Both the position numbers and the translations under genes were made by a program. DNA of 64,000 nt from Candidatus Poribacteria bacterium (GTDB lineage Bacteria; Poribacteria; WGA-4E; JAJDTR01), in assembly GCA_965222225.1 (NCBI GenBank), contig CBDCTK010000002.1:5536001-5600000 (forward strand). Direction: 5' to 3'. The notes under the pieces are model-generated. The model was not told where the DNA came from and ran no database searches. It saw nothing but the letters and a program-made list of their open reading frames with translations. Within the stretch, counting starts at the first letter, position 1. The number at the start of each line of letters is the position of its first letter. Below are positions 31,800 through 41,606 of this stretch, in pieces.

Positions 31800-32060
31800 T
31801 AGGACTTGCGCAGCACCAAGGATTGCGTTCGGAGATTGTTTCTATAGTGGGTGCGAGGAAGTCGCGTTCGGGAGAAGGATCTCTATCGCACTCCCTATTC
31901 GGTCGTTTAATCCCCTACAGAAGACGTGCAATGAAGGGATTCCAATGGGAACTCTATCGCAGTCGCTGTTCGCTCCTTTGATCCCTAACTATAGGATTTT
32001 CTATCGCCTTCGCTATCCGCTCAGTTGATCGCCACTACGGACCGAACAACGTAAGTCCTA
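31800..32060. mobile_element. MITE-like shell containing REP remnants and three GA-hairpin repeats
   Basis: Terminal inverted repeats TAGGACTTGCG / CGTAAGTCCTA (10/11 match). A lone matching end, TGCGCAAGTCCTA, occurs at about 51385. Confidence 0.5.
31877..32030 (-). repeat. Three full copies of the covarying GA-hairpin repeat
   Basis: AC-TC-CC-TATTC-GG-TC-GT, AG-TC-GC-TGTTC-GC-TC-CT and CT-TC-GC-TATCC-GC-TC-AG, each between CTATCGC and TTRATC. Confidence 0.88.
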
Positions 32061-32115
32061 CTGTGTAAAATTCTTAGTTGAAATGACTATAACGATGCAT
32101 GTCGGTATCCCGAAT

Positions 32116-32793
32116 CTACACTTCTGTGCGCATCGCTTCGGCAGGGGGAAGTTGTGCGGCACGCCATGCCGGGAAAGCCGCGCCGATAATCGATAGAACC
32201 ATACCGAGCAGGCAACCAAGCACGATAATCACAATGATACCAAGCTGGACAGGTGCATCTTCGGGGTTCGCGGGCAGCAGAGGGAAGTAAAAGAAGAGAT
32301 CGAGTCCGTGGTTCTTGAGTCCTAGAAGGATTGACCCGAGGGTCCCAATTAGTGCACCGATAAGCGCTCCGGACAAGCCCTGGAAGCCAGACTCCAACAG
32401 GAACAACCGTACGACAAAGCGATCCAAAGCGCCCAAGCACTTCATTGTGCCAATCTCTTGAACGCGTTCGGTAACCGCCATAAGCATGGAGTTCGCAATT
32501 CCCACTACGCAGACAATCAGCGACATGATAATCAACCAGATATCTTTTGTAGAAATACCTTGTTCTTGTTCCTCTCCAAGGCTTGTAATCTGTTCGGTTC
32601 TGCCACTCTCCTGCATCGCCAAATCGATTTCGTTGTTAGTCCAAACGGAAACCAAGAACGCAATCCCCAGCGTAATACCCGCGGTCGTGATGATGGAGCG
32701 CCCAAATCGAATCTTCAAACTTTGAAAACTGATGCGCACCGATTCGCCAAATGGGAGTTCGATCTGTTGTTCAATGTGCGTCGGTCTTTCCAA
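32116..32793 (-). CDS. Short FtsX-like ABC permease
   Basis: RSIITTAGITLGIAF, GIANSMLMAVTERVQEIGTMKCLGA, PAWRAAQLPPAEAMR. Confidence 0.9.
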   Translation of the reverse strand: MERPTHIEQQIELPFGESVRISFQSLKIRFGRSIITTAGITLGIAFLVSVWTNNEIDLAMQESGRTEQITSLGEEQEQGISTKDIWLIIMSLIVCVVGIANSMLMAVTERVQEIGTMKCLGALDRFVVRLFLLESGFQGLSGALIGALIGTLGSILLGLKNHGLDLFFYFPLLPANPEDAPVQLGIIVIIVLGCLLGMVLSIIGAAFPAWRAAQLPPAEAMRTEV

Positions 32794-33335
32794 ATTCTAT
32801 TCCTCCAGATTCATGGACATGGACGATGTTGTCATTTCGTTATGTGTAGGGATGCTTTGTTTTTCTTCGAGACTTGTAATCTGTTTGGTACTGCCACTCC
32901 CAATTGATGATAGATTTATATCATTTTATCATGTTATACGAATGAAGTCAAGGTTTGGAGATTGGCGTGAACATGGATTGAATTCCATTCACGTCGGAGT
33001 TGTGGGGCATTGATTTTCCTAGATGGATGCGATTGGCATGATAACCACATATTCAGAAATTTCTCAACCGACTGAAACTCTCCCACAGTCAACTGGCACA
33101 GAATACTCCCGATTTTTACGCTTGTCAACGAAAAAGTTGCGATTGTGGCTTTACGATGAAGATTGGAACGCTATATGGATGTCTCTAACAACAAGGAACC
33201 TTCGCTTGTTTCCGGTGCTATGCTGTGCTATCATTACATCAGATTAGATTGAGAGTCCCAAGGCTTCATACTTGATTCTCAACAATGCCGTATGCGAGTC
33301 TGAAACCAATTGGACAAAGGTAGAGGAGAATAGCG

Positions 33336-34790
33336 ATGTATCCGAAACAGTATTCGGGTCCCAACGAGGAGATGTTGGAAGCACAAGCGAGGGTCTGCAC
33401 TGGTCCCCATCAAACGCGTCCTTTGGGGGCGAAACCCACAGATACGATACAACCGGATGCAATCCTCAACGCCGTCCTGAAGTCTGTGAGAGGTGGACTA
33501 CCACCCGATCAAGCGGTTTCAGAAGCACAAATGGGAGCGTTCTTCGCGGCGATGACGATTCGGAAATACTTCCCGGCGGAGACGCAGTGGAACGCTCGCG
33601 AAATTGAGGCGTTTGAGAGGTTCAGAATCCAGCTTGAGACAGAACTCCCCGAAGAGATACTGTTTATCATGAACCCCGATCGTAGATATACGCCATTGAC
33701 TATCGAAGAGGAGATTGTTGTCAGGGCGTCGGAGAAGATTCTGAGGGGAAAACATCTGAGTTACAGTGAAACGCGTGCGATGGGAGAAGCTGTTCTTAGT
33801 GATAACGTGAAACCAGCATTGAAGGCAGCCGCACTGATTGGGCAACGGATGAATCGTGAAACTTACGACGAGGTGCGTGGATACCTGGATGCGTTTTTAG
33901 GTCCAGAAGAGGTACAGCAGGTTTCGGTGGATTCGCTGACGCATTTCGGAGAGCCGTTTGATGGGGCAACCCGCTATTTCCGACCAACGCTTTTTGTGGC
34001 TGCCGTGCGCGCTTCTCTTGGCGATGCGTCGGTATTGCACGGTGTTGATGAGATGCCGCCGAAAAGCGGAGTTACGGAAGAAGGAATCTTGCGAGTGCTC
34101 GGCGCCCGGACAGACCTCAGTCTTGACAGGGCGAAGGCGTTGATTGAGGATAAGACTGTCCGCTTTGCATACGTAAGCCAACGAGAATATTCTCCAGCGG
34201 CTTACAGTATTCGTGAGCTGCGGGTGCACATCAAGAAGCGTCCACCTTGGGCGGCAACAGAAAAGGCACAGCAACTGTTCAAGTCACTCAGCGCAAACTA
34301 TTTCGTCATCGGCTATTACCATCCCGGCTACGAAGAACCTTTGCTGAATCTCGCGTGGGAGCGCGGATTTCAAGCCGCACTCGCCGTAAGGGGAGAGGAG
34401 GGGACAAGCCACTACGCCTTGCGATTGGGCAAGCCATCCACGGAAGATTTTATGGCGGTCAATTACTCGCAAGGATTTCGGAAAATTGGTGGGCAGCGTG
34501 AGGATTTCACGCTTGATGTCAATCCTCAGACTTTTGGATTCAACTATGAGCGGAACCCGCGAATGGATTCAGTAAGTCCTGAAACCTTTGCGGAAGCCGG
34601 ATTAGCGGCGTTGTCCGGAGAGAAGGGGCATGTTTATGATCGAATCGTGCTTAATGCCGCGATGACCGATTATTTATTGGGCATCTGCCCCAATGCAGAA
34701 CAAGCTCTCCAACGAACGAAACGCGCCATCAATAGCGGCCGTGCTTTGGCACACATACACGCTTATATTGAGAAGTCCAAATTGGTTTGA
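33336..34790 (+). CDS. Anthranilate phosphoribosyltransferase-like protein (TrpD/YbiB-related)
   Basis: EAQMGAFFAAM, GEPFDGATR, VLHGVDEMPPKSGVT, RPPWAATEK, GYYHPGY, RGEEG, VLNAA. Confidence 0.75.
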   Translation: MYPKQYSGPNEEMLEAQARVCTGPHQTRPLGAKPTDTIQPDAILNAVLKSVRGGLPPDQAVSEAQMGAFFAAMTIRKYFPAETQWNAREIEAFERFRIQLETELPEEILFIMNPDRRYTPLTIEEEIVVRASEKILRGKHLSYSETRAMGEAVLSDNVKPALKAAALIGQRMNRETYDEVRGYLDAFLGPEEVQQVSVDSLTHFGEPFDGATRYFRPTLFVAAVRASLGDASVLHGVDEMPPKSGVTEEGILRVLGARTDLSLDRAKALIEDKTVRFAYVSQREYSPAAYSIRELRVHIKKRPPWAATEKAQQLFKSLSANYFVIGYYHPGYEEPLLNLAWERGFQAALAVRGEEGTSHYALRLGKPSTEDFMAVNYSQGFRKIGGQREDFTLDVNPQTFGFNYERNPRMDSVSPETFAEAGLAALSGEKGHVYDRIVLNAAMTDYLLGICPNAEQALQRTKRAINSGRALAHIHAYIEKSKLV

Positions 34791-34852
34791 AGCGCATTAG
34801 CCGTGATTTCTTTCTCAAAATCAACGGCTCCGGATTTAGCGATGATTGAAGT

Positions 34853-35161
34853 TCATCTTGAGTGCGGCTGGTTCGACGTGTCTTCCGCCACGGTATTGGC
34901 GATTTCGTAGATGACTTCGTCAGCTTTGACGTAACCTAGACGCCACGCAAGTTGCTCTTTAGCGAATTTGTCCGTTTTCAGTTTTTCGACTTGGGTTTTC
35001 AGAAGATCGCGTTCTACCGCAAGATCTTTCAGTTCATCCTGCGAACGCCCTTGAAGTTGCCGAGCTTCTTGCCAATCCTGATATTCCTCTGAGAGGTTTA
35101 GTATGCTTGTAGCTAGAAGCGGAACTGCAAGAACGCACAGGACATATTGAAATATACGCAT
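34853..35161 (-). CDS. ftsB: Septum formation initiator (FtsB/DivIC family)
   Basis: TM helix plus coiled coil, EQLAWRLGYVKADE; directly downstream of eno, the usual gene order. Start placed at MRIFQY. Confidence 0.75.
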   Translation of the reverse strand: MRIFQYVLCVLAVPLLATSILNLSEEYQDWQEARQLQGRSQDELKDLAVERDLLKTQVEKLKTDKFAKEQLAWRLGYVKADEVIYEIANTVAEDTSNQPHSR

Positions 35162-35251
35162 GGTTTTCTTTCCTTTGACAGTTGTAGAGTAATTTTGCGG
35201 GCTATATGCTAGTTGTAGGTCGTACACAACAAAATGAGGTCTCGATTGAGA

Positions 35252-35289
35252 GGGGATCTCTATCGTAGTCGCTGTTCGCTTCCTAGATC
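35252..35289 (-). repeat. Covarying GA-hairpin repeat, degenerate copy
   Basis: GGGATCTCTATCGT-AG-TC-GC-TGTTC-GC-TTCCTAGATC. Confidence 0.75.
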
Positions 35290-35334
35290 TTACCGGATTC
35301 CCTATATTTCTAAATCTACGATTATTTCGGCATT

Positions 35335-36627
<1,293 letters not shown>

Positions 36628-36829
36628 TCAATCCTCCACATACAGATTTTAGCGAATTTTGAATTAGTCAACTAGATGGTTTATGCGACGTGCTGCTCGC
36701 GCGGATTGACCACTTCATCGGTCAAAGGCTTGGATTTGGCAATCCTATCCGAGCGGAAAACACAATTATGAGTGTCTCGCATCCGGCCGACCATTACAGA
36801 TTTTAGTGAATCTTGAGGTAGTACCTTTC

Positions 36830-37525
36830 TCATTCCTCAATCACAAACTCAAAGAGGAGATACGAACTCGCTAGAAACACAAAGCCGTAGATGACCAACA
36901 TCGAAATCCAAAATTTCTCCTCAAGCCCTCCCGTCGTCAGTAGTGATACGGTACATTTCGCCCCAGCCATGATGACAGGAAATATCAATGGTAGCAGGAT
37001 GACGGACAAAAGGCTTTCCTTACCATGCGTACTGGTAGAAATGCCCGAAATCGTCACACCAACCGCGCAGAAGCCGAGCGTACCCACAATGAGCACGCCG
37101 ATTAGTTTTATTAATGTCCCTAGCGTCAGCATATCCAGTGCGTCCAAAAATTGAAGTGCGACCGGTGTTATTACCGCCTCCAAAACAGCGAGGAGGATTA
37201 GATTACTCACAACTTTGGACAGATAGAGATTGCTCGGATCGACGCCCGTTAATCTAACTCCGTGTAACGCCCCATTTGCACGTTCAACATCAAAAGATCT
37301 GTTCAACAAGATAATCCCCGCGAAGGCAAAAGCCGCCCATAATACACTTGCAGCGAGTTTTCCTCGATCTTCAACGTCCTGGGGGAAGATGGGCCCGAAT
37401 GCAAGACTAAAGATTAGCACTACAAGCACGCTGAAAACGAAGATTAGAACCAAAGTGTCCTTCGTGCGAATGAAGAGCGCAACATCTTTGCGAACTAGCC
37501 AACCGATTTGACGAAATCCGTTCAT
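36830..37525 (-). CDS. ccmB: Heme exporter protein B
   Basis: RSFDVERANGAL.G..L, LYLSKVVSN, LLSVILLPLIFPV; overlaps ccmA. Confidence 0.88.
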   Translation of the reverse strand: MNGFRQIGWLVRKDVALFIRTKDTLVLIFVFSVLVVLIFSLAFGPIFPQDVEDRGKLAASVLWAAFAFAGIILLNRSFDVERANGALHGVRLTGVDPSNLYLSKVVSNLILLAVLEAVITPVALQFLDALDMLTLGTLIKLIGVLIVGTLGFCAVGVTISGISTSTHGKESLLSVILLPLIFPVIMAGAKCTVSLLTTGGLEEKFWISMLVIYGFVFLASSYLLFEFVIEE

Positions 37526-38262
37526 ATCATTTGATGTTGTTTCAGGCTCTGTTCATACCGGAGGGACAATTCATCGACCGCTATTTCATCTCTATCGGCG
37601 ATTGTGTCAAGCCGCGCATTCAACAAAAAGAGATAACGTGAGCCTGCGAGATAACCCAATTGTGTCTCGTGTGTTGTCAGCACAATTCCTTTGCCCTGTG
37701 CACGCTCGTGGTGAATTCGTTCCAACACAAATTGCTTCGCGGCGACATCAAGTCCGGAAAAGGGTTCATCGAGAAACAGAAGTGTCGGGTCATGGATGAG
37801 GGCTTTTGCGATCATGAATCTCTGAATCATGCCTCGCGAAAAGATTTCCATCCGCTCGTGCGCAAATTGTGTCAGCCCAACCTCATCAAGGAGGGTAACA
37901 ATCCGCCGCTCTAATGAATCGACGGCATATAATTTCCCAAAAAACCTGAGATTTTCGTAGGGAGTCAATTCAAGATAGGCAAGTGGTTCGTGGACAACTA
38001 CTCCGAGCGATGGACGAACACGTAAAGAATTTTCAAGAGCGTTTGCGCCAGCTATTTGTAGATTCCCAGATTCGGGTTTGATTAGCGTTGAAAGAATCTT
38101 GATGAGGGTCGTTTTTCCTGCTCCATTGGGCCCAAGAATCGACACAACCTCGCCGGGCTGAACATTGATATCTACATCGTTCAGAACCGTGCGATGACCA
38201 AAGCGCTTTGTTATATTGGTGGCTTGAAGCAACATATCAGACGGACGGAACAGGACGGGCAA
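37522..38262 (-). CDS. ccmA: Heme ABC exporter ATP-binding protein
   Basis: GPNGAGKTT, LTPYENLRFF, FSRGMIQR, FLDEPFSGLD; adjacent to ccmB. Confidence 0.85.
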   Translation of the reverse strand: MPVLFRPSDMLLQATNITKRFGHRTVLNDVDINVQPGEVVSILGPNGAGKTTLIKILSTLIKPESGNLQIAGANALENSLRVRPSLGVVVHEPLAYLELTPYENLRFFGKLYAVDSLERRIVTLLDEVGLTQFAHERMEIFSRGMIQRFMIAKALIHDPTLLFLDEPFSGLDVAAKQFVLERIHHERAQGKGIVLTTHETQLGYLAGSRYLFLLNARLDTIADRDEIAVDELSLRYEQSLKQHQMI

Positions 38263-38660
38263 CTTGATTGGGTTGAAATGGGTATTGTCAGGTACGAACT
38301 GTAGGCTGAATCAGTAAAACAGAAGCGTAACGGACGCAGTCATATCTTCACTGCCTAGATACGCCATGCCCTGTCTGTTGGGTTGGCACAAGTCTGTTAT
38401 TGTGTGCCCAGATAGACCTAATTGCTCTATCAATCCGAGGGCAATCGTGTGAGTTGTATATTAATACGATTTTTTTGGGTAGGGGTTACGGGGAGGCACA
38501 ATCTTTGGGAGGCAGAAAGGCGCGAAGAATGATTAACAAACGTTATTTTTATATTACGAAATAGCATTAGAGCTTGTTTGAATAATCGGTAACAGAGCCA
38601 GCTTTTTGTCATTTGAAGAGAGGTTTTTCATGTTTTTGCAGTTTCCTGCTATATACTGTC

Positions 38661-38699
38661 AGGATTTCTATCGCACTCACTATTCGTTCGCTTGATCCC
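38661..38699 (-). repeat. Covarying GA-hairpin repeat, full copy
   Basis: AGGATTTCTATCGC-AC-TC-AC-TATTC-GT-TC-GC-TTGATCCC. Confidence 0.88.
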
Positions 38700-38720
38700 A
38701 CGCTGGGGCTTTTAGAGGCT

Positions 38721-38741
38721 GGTGCGCAGTGCGCACCCTAC
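38721..38741. repeat. GTAG-type REP-like palindrome
   Basis: GGTGCGCA-G-TGCGCACC-CTAC; a related copy lies at about 53913-53933. Confidence 0.55.
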
Positions 38742-38802
38742 AAGAAATGGAGCGCGGATTCCGCCCTGATTTGATGATAGAAAAGGGATTACCGTGGGAG
38801 TT

Positions 38803-40467
38803 CTATCGAACTCGGTGTTCACTTAACCTCACTAGCGCCTCCGCCGCGAAGAGTTTCATATCACTACTTTCGTTGTTGCCGATAATATCAATTAGGATAG
38901 GCTCTGCACGCTTTACGCCCAACTCTCCCAGGGCTATTGCGGCTCTCGGTGTGTAGTCGCCGTCGCGTTGGGCGAGAATGTCCATCAAATAGGGAATGCC
39001 GCGTTCATCTCCCAACTTTGCTAACGCTTTAGCGGCATCGATTCGTACCATCTCACTCATTAACATATGCATTTCGTCCAAAGGGGTAGAATCCGCGAAG
39101 TAGTCACCGTCATTGCTAAAAGCGTTTATCAGGGCCGGGATAGCACGCATGTCTCCCATTGCGCCCAATGTTCGGGCGGCATTCGCCCTTACAGTATTAT
39201 TATAACGACCGTTGAGACAACCAATCAATACGGGGAGCGCCCGCTTATCTCCATTCTCTCCCAGCTTGACTGCGGCACGAATTCCGAGATAGGACGCGGC
39301 GAAGGAAGCGTGGGCTTCTAACATGTCATTTTCTCCCATCTGCGGCAAGATGTACAGCGGTTTTACCTCCTTCCAGGCATTCTCGAGACCGTCTATCAAG
39401 GCGTCAACGCCACGCTCAATCCCCGCTTCCGCTAACGCCGCGGTGGCACGCCTTTGCGCCGCATTACCGTCATCGTTGAGGATGTCTATCAAGACGGAGA
39501 CGCCGCGCTCTTCCCCCAATCTTGCCAATGCTAGTGCAGCACGCACTCGGTCGTACGTAAGACTGTCGTTGAGAACGTCAATCAGAGCAGGGACCGCTCT
39601 CGCATCACCTAATTCTCCCAACGCTTCTACGATCCAGCGCGATGCGCCCTCTTCATCATCACGGAGGTACTTTATCAAGAATGGAGCAGCACTCTTGGCT
39701 TTCAACTTTCCCAACACTCCTGCAACTTGCCCCCGCACGGGAACGTCACTTTCATAAAAAACTCGTATCAAAGCAGGAACTGTCGACTCGCCTGCCAACT
39801 TTTCCAGTGCGTCGGTAACACTCATCAAGAACCACAGATTACGCATCCCACCAAGTTTTACAGAGGGGGCTATCTCGCTTAAAACATCTATCAATGGAGG
39901 GACAGCTTTCTTGTCCCCCAAATTTCCCAGCGTTTCAGCAGCGACGGATCGAACATCTTGGTCATTATTTTTCAAAGCGCCTCGCACTATCTCTAATAGT
40001 AACTCGGGAGAAATTACTTCGCTCAACTTATAATATCTGTAATACTCTTTGAATGCGTCGCTGGTTCGCCCACTTGGGGCGAGCACTTTCACTAACATGG
40101 CACGCCCAACCGGTTTTTCCGGGTATTCCTGAATAAAGCTATCAATCAATTTCAGGGCTCTCTCACGTTCTCCATCTTTGAGGTACGCACTTCCTACGGT
40201 TAGCAGCCTCTCCAACATGGCATACCCAATCGATTTCGCTGGGTATTCTTGAATGTAGCCATCGATCAGATCAAAAGCTCGCTCATAATCGCCCACCTTT
40301 AGAAAAGCATCTGTTTTCTCTTCTAATTCTGATTTCCCAGAACCATAGCTTGGAAGAATCGCCTGAAGACAAATAAGTGCGACCGCCACCCCAAGGCTTA
40401 TTATCGTAGTATTCAATCGCCTCATTCTGTGTTTCTTTACTTGTTGGGTATTAGGAATCACATTCAC
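38803..40467 (-). CDS. HEAT-repeat (PBS-lyase-like) protein with N-terminal signal or TM and TPR-like helices
   Basis: Repeated VR..AA..LG.LGD..AVP.LI..L units. Confidence 0.88.
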   Translation of the reverse strand: MNVIPNTQQVKKHRMRRLNTTIISLGVAVALICLQAILPSYGSGKSELEEKTDAFLKVGDYERAFDLIDGYIQEYPAKSIGYAMLERLLTVGSAYLKDGERERALKLIDSFIQEYPEKPVGRAMLVKVLAPSGRTSDAFKEYYRYYKLSEVISPELLLEIVRGALKNNDQDVRSVAAETLGNLGDKKAVPPLIDVLSEIAPSVKLGGMRNLWFLMSVTDALEKLAGESTVPALIRVFYESDVPVRGQVAGVLGKLKAKSAAPFLIKYLRDDEEGASRWIVEALGELGDARAVPALIDVLNDSLTYDRVRAALALARLGEERGVSVLIDILNDDGNAAQRRATAALAEAGIERGVDALIDGLENAWKEVKPLYILPQMGENDMLEAHASFAASYLGIRAAVKLGENGDKRALPVLIGCLNGRYNNTVRANAARTLGAMGDMRAIPALINAFSNDGDYFADSTPLDEMHMLMSEMVRIDAAKALAKLGDERGIPYLMDILAQRDGDYTPRAAIALGELGVKRAEPILIDIIGNNESSDMKLFAAEALVRLSEHRVR

Positions 40468-40691
40468 CCCTCAAATTTTGAAGTGATTGCTGCTCTCTAA
40501 ACATAATCAGACTCAATTAGCCGAAGTAGCTTGTATGTACATTTATCTTCGCTCGGAACGCGATTTTTTTTATTTCATAAGAAAACAGCCTGAAATCATG
40601 GTGCGGATTTCAGGCTGTCTAAGGTCAGAACCGGAACTGAAGATTCGGTTACGTTTTAATGGATTCGAAGGACCGGACCTGCGAACTCAGG

Positions 40692-41588
40692 TTACATCAT
40701 CTTTTTGAGAATTGCCGCACCTTGTTCCTTGGTAACCCCTAGATTCCGATGGGCAAGAGGACCACCTTCGCTAAGAACGGGCTCAGCACCATCCAAAGAA
40801 GCACGGCTTGTGTCGTAATAAAATAACCCGGTGGGAATTTCGTCGCCCCATTGCATTGAGTGCTCAATGGCAGCTTTCCAATCTGTGGGATCGTGTCCCG
40901 AATCTTCAAGTTTGGTGACGGTCTGTTTGAAAAACGCGAACGTGTCGTCCTTATTGTAGGTAATGCACGGGCTAAAGACATCAACCAAAGCAAACCCTTT
41001 GTGTTCCAAGCCCCTATACATCAGTTCAGCGAGATGCTTCGTGTCTCCACTAAATCCTCTGGCAACATAGGTCGCACCCGTCACAATTGCCATCGCCAAG
41101 GGGTTGACGGGGCCCTCAAGGCTACCAAACGGGGTACTCTTGGTCTTCTTACCGATTCTGCTGGTAGGAGAAACCTGGCCCGTGGTCAAGCCATAGATTT
41201 GATTGTTCATAACAATATACAGCAAGTCGACGTTGCGTCGCATTGTATGAACAAAATGGTTTCCACCAATACCATAACCGTCGCCATCGCCGCCGGTAGC
41301 AATCACTGTCAATTCATGGTTGGCGAGTTTGACTCCTGTCGCCACCGGCAACGACCGTCCATGAAGGGTATGCATCCCGTAGGTATTGATATACCCCGGT
41401 AGGTTTGAAGAACACCCGATACCGCTAACCGTGACAAATTCATGGGGTTCACGTCCCAATTTTGCGCACGCCAACTCAAGCGCCCTGAGGACGCCGAAAT
41501 CGCCACATCCCGGACACCAATCGGGTGCTACATCTCCTTTGAAATCCTTGGCTGTAGGGGCTGCTTTAATGGGTCTATCCGATGCCAT
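40692..41588 (-). CDS. korB: 2-oxoacid:ferredoxin oxidoreductase beta subunit
   Basis: WCPGCGDF, SGIGCS, HGR, TPP motif GGDGD...NNQIYGLTTGQ, SPC. Confidence 0.95.
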   Translation of the reverse strand: MASDRPIKAAPTAKDFKGDVAPDWCPGCGDFGVLRALELACAKLGREPHEFVTVSGIGCSSNLPGYINTYGMHTLHGRSLPVATGVKLANHELTVIATGGDGDGYGIGGNHFVHTMRRNVDLLYIVMNNQIYGLTTGQVSPTSRIGKKTKSTPFGSLEGPVNPLAMAIVTGATYVARGFSGDTKHLAELMYRGLEHKGFALVDVFSPCITYNKDDTFAFFKQTVTKLEDSGHDPTDWKAAIEHSMQWGDEIPTGLFYYDTSRASLDGAEPVLSEGGPLAHRNLGVTKEQGAAILKKMM

Positions 41589-41606
41589 GTTGTCCTCCTT
41601 GCTTAT

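Noticed and set aside
31877-32030. Three ~38-nt repeats as a CRISPR array
   Set aside because: Spacing is irregular (about 32 and 7 nt), repeats differ at paired stem positions, copies are dispersed across the window, and no cas genes are present.
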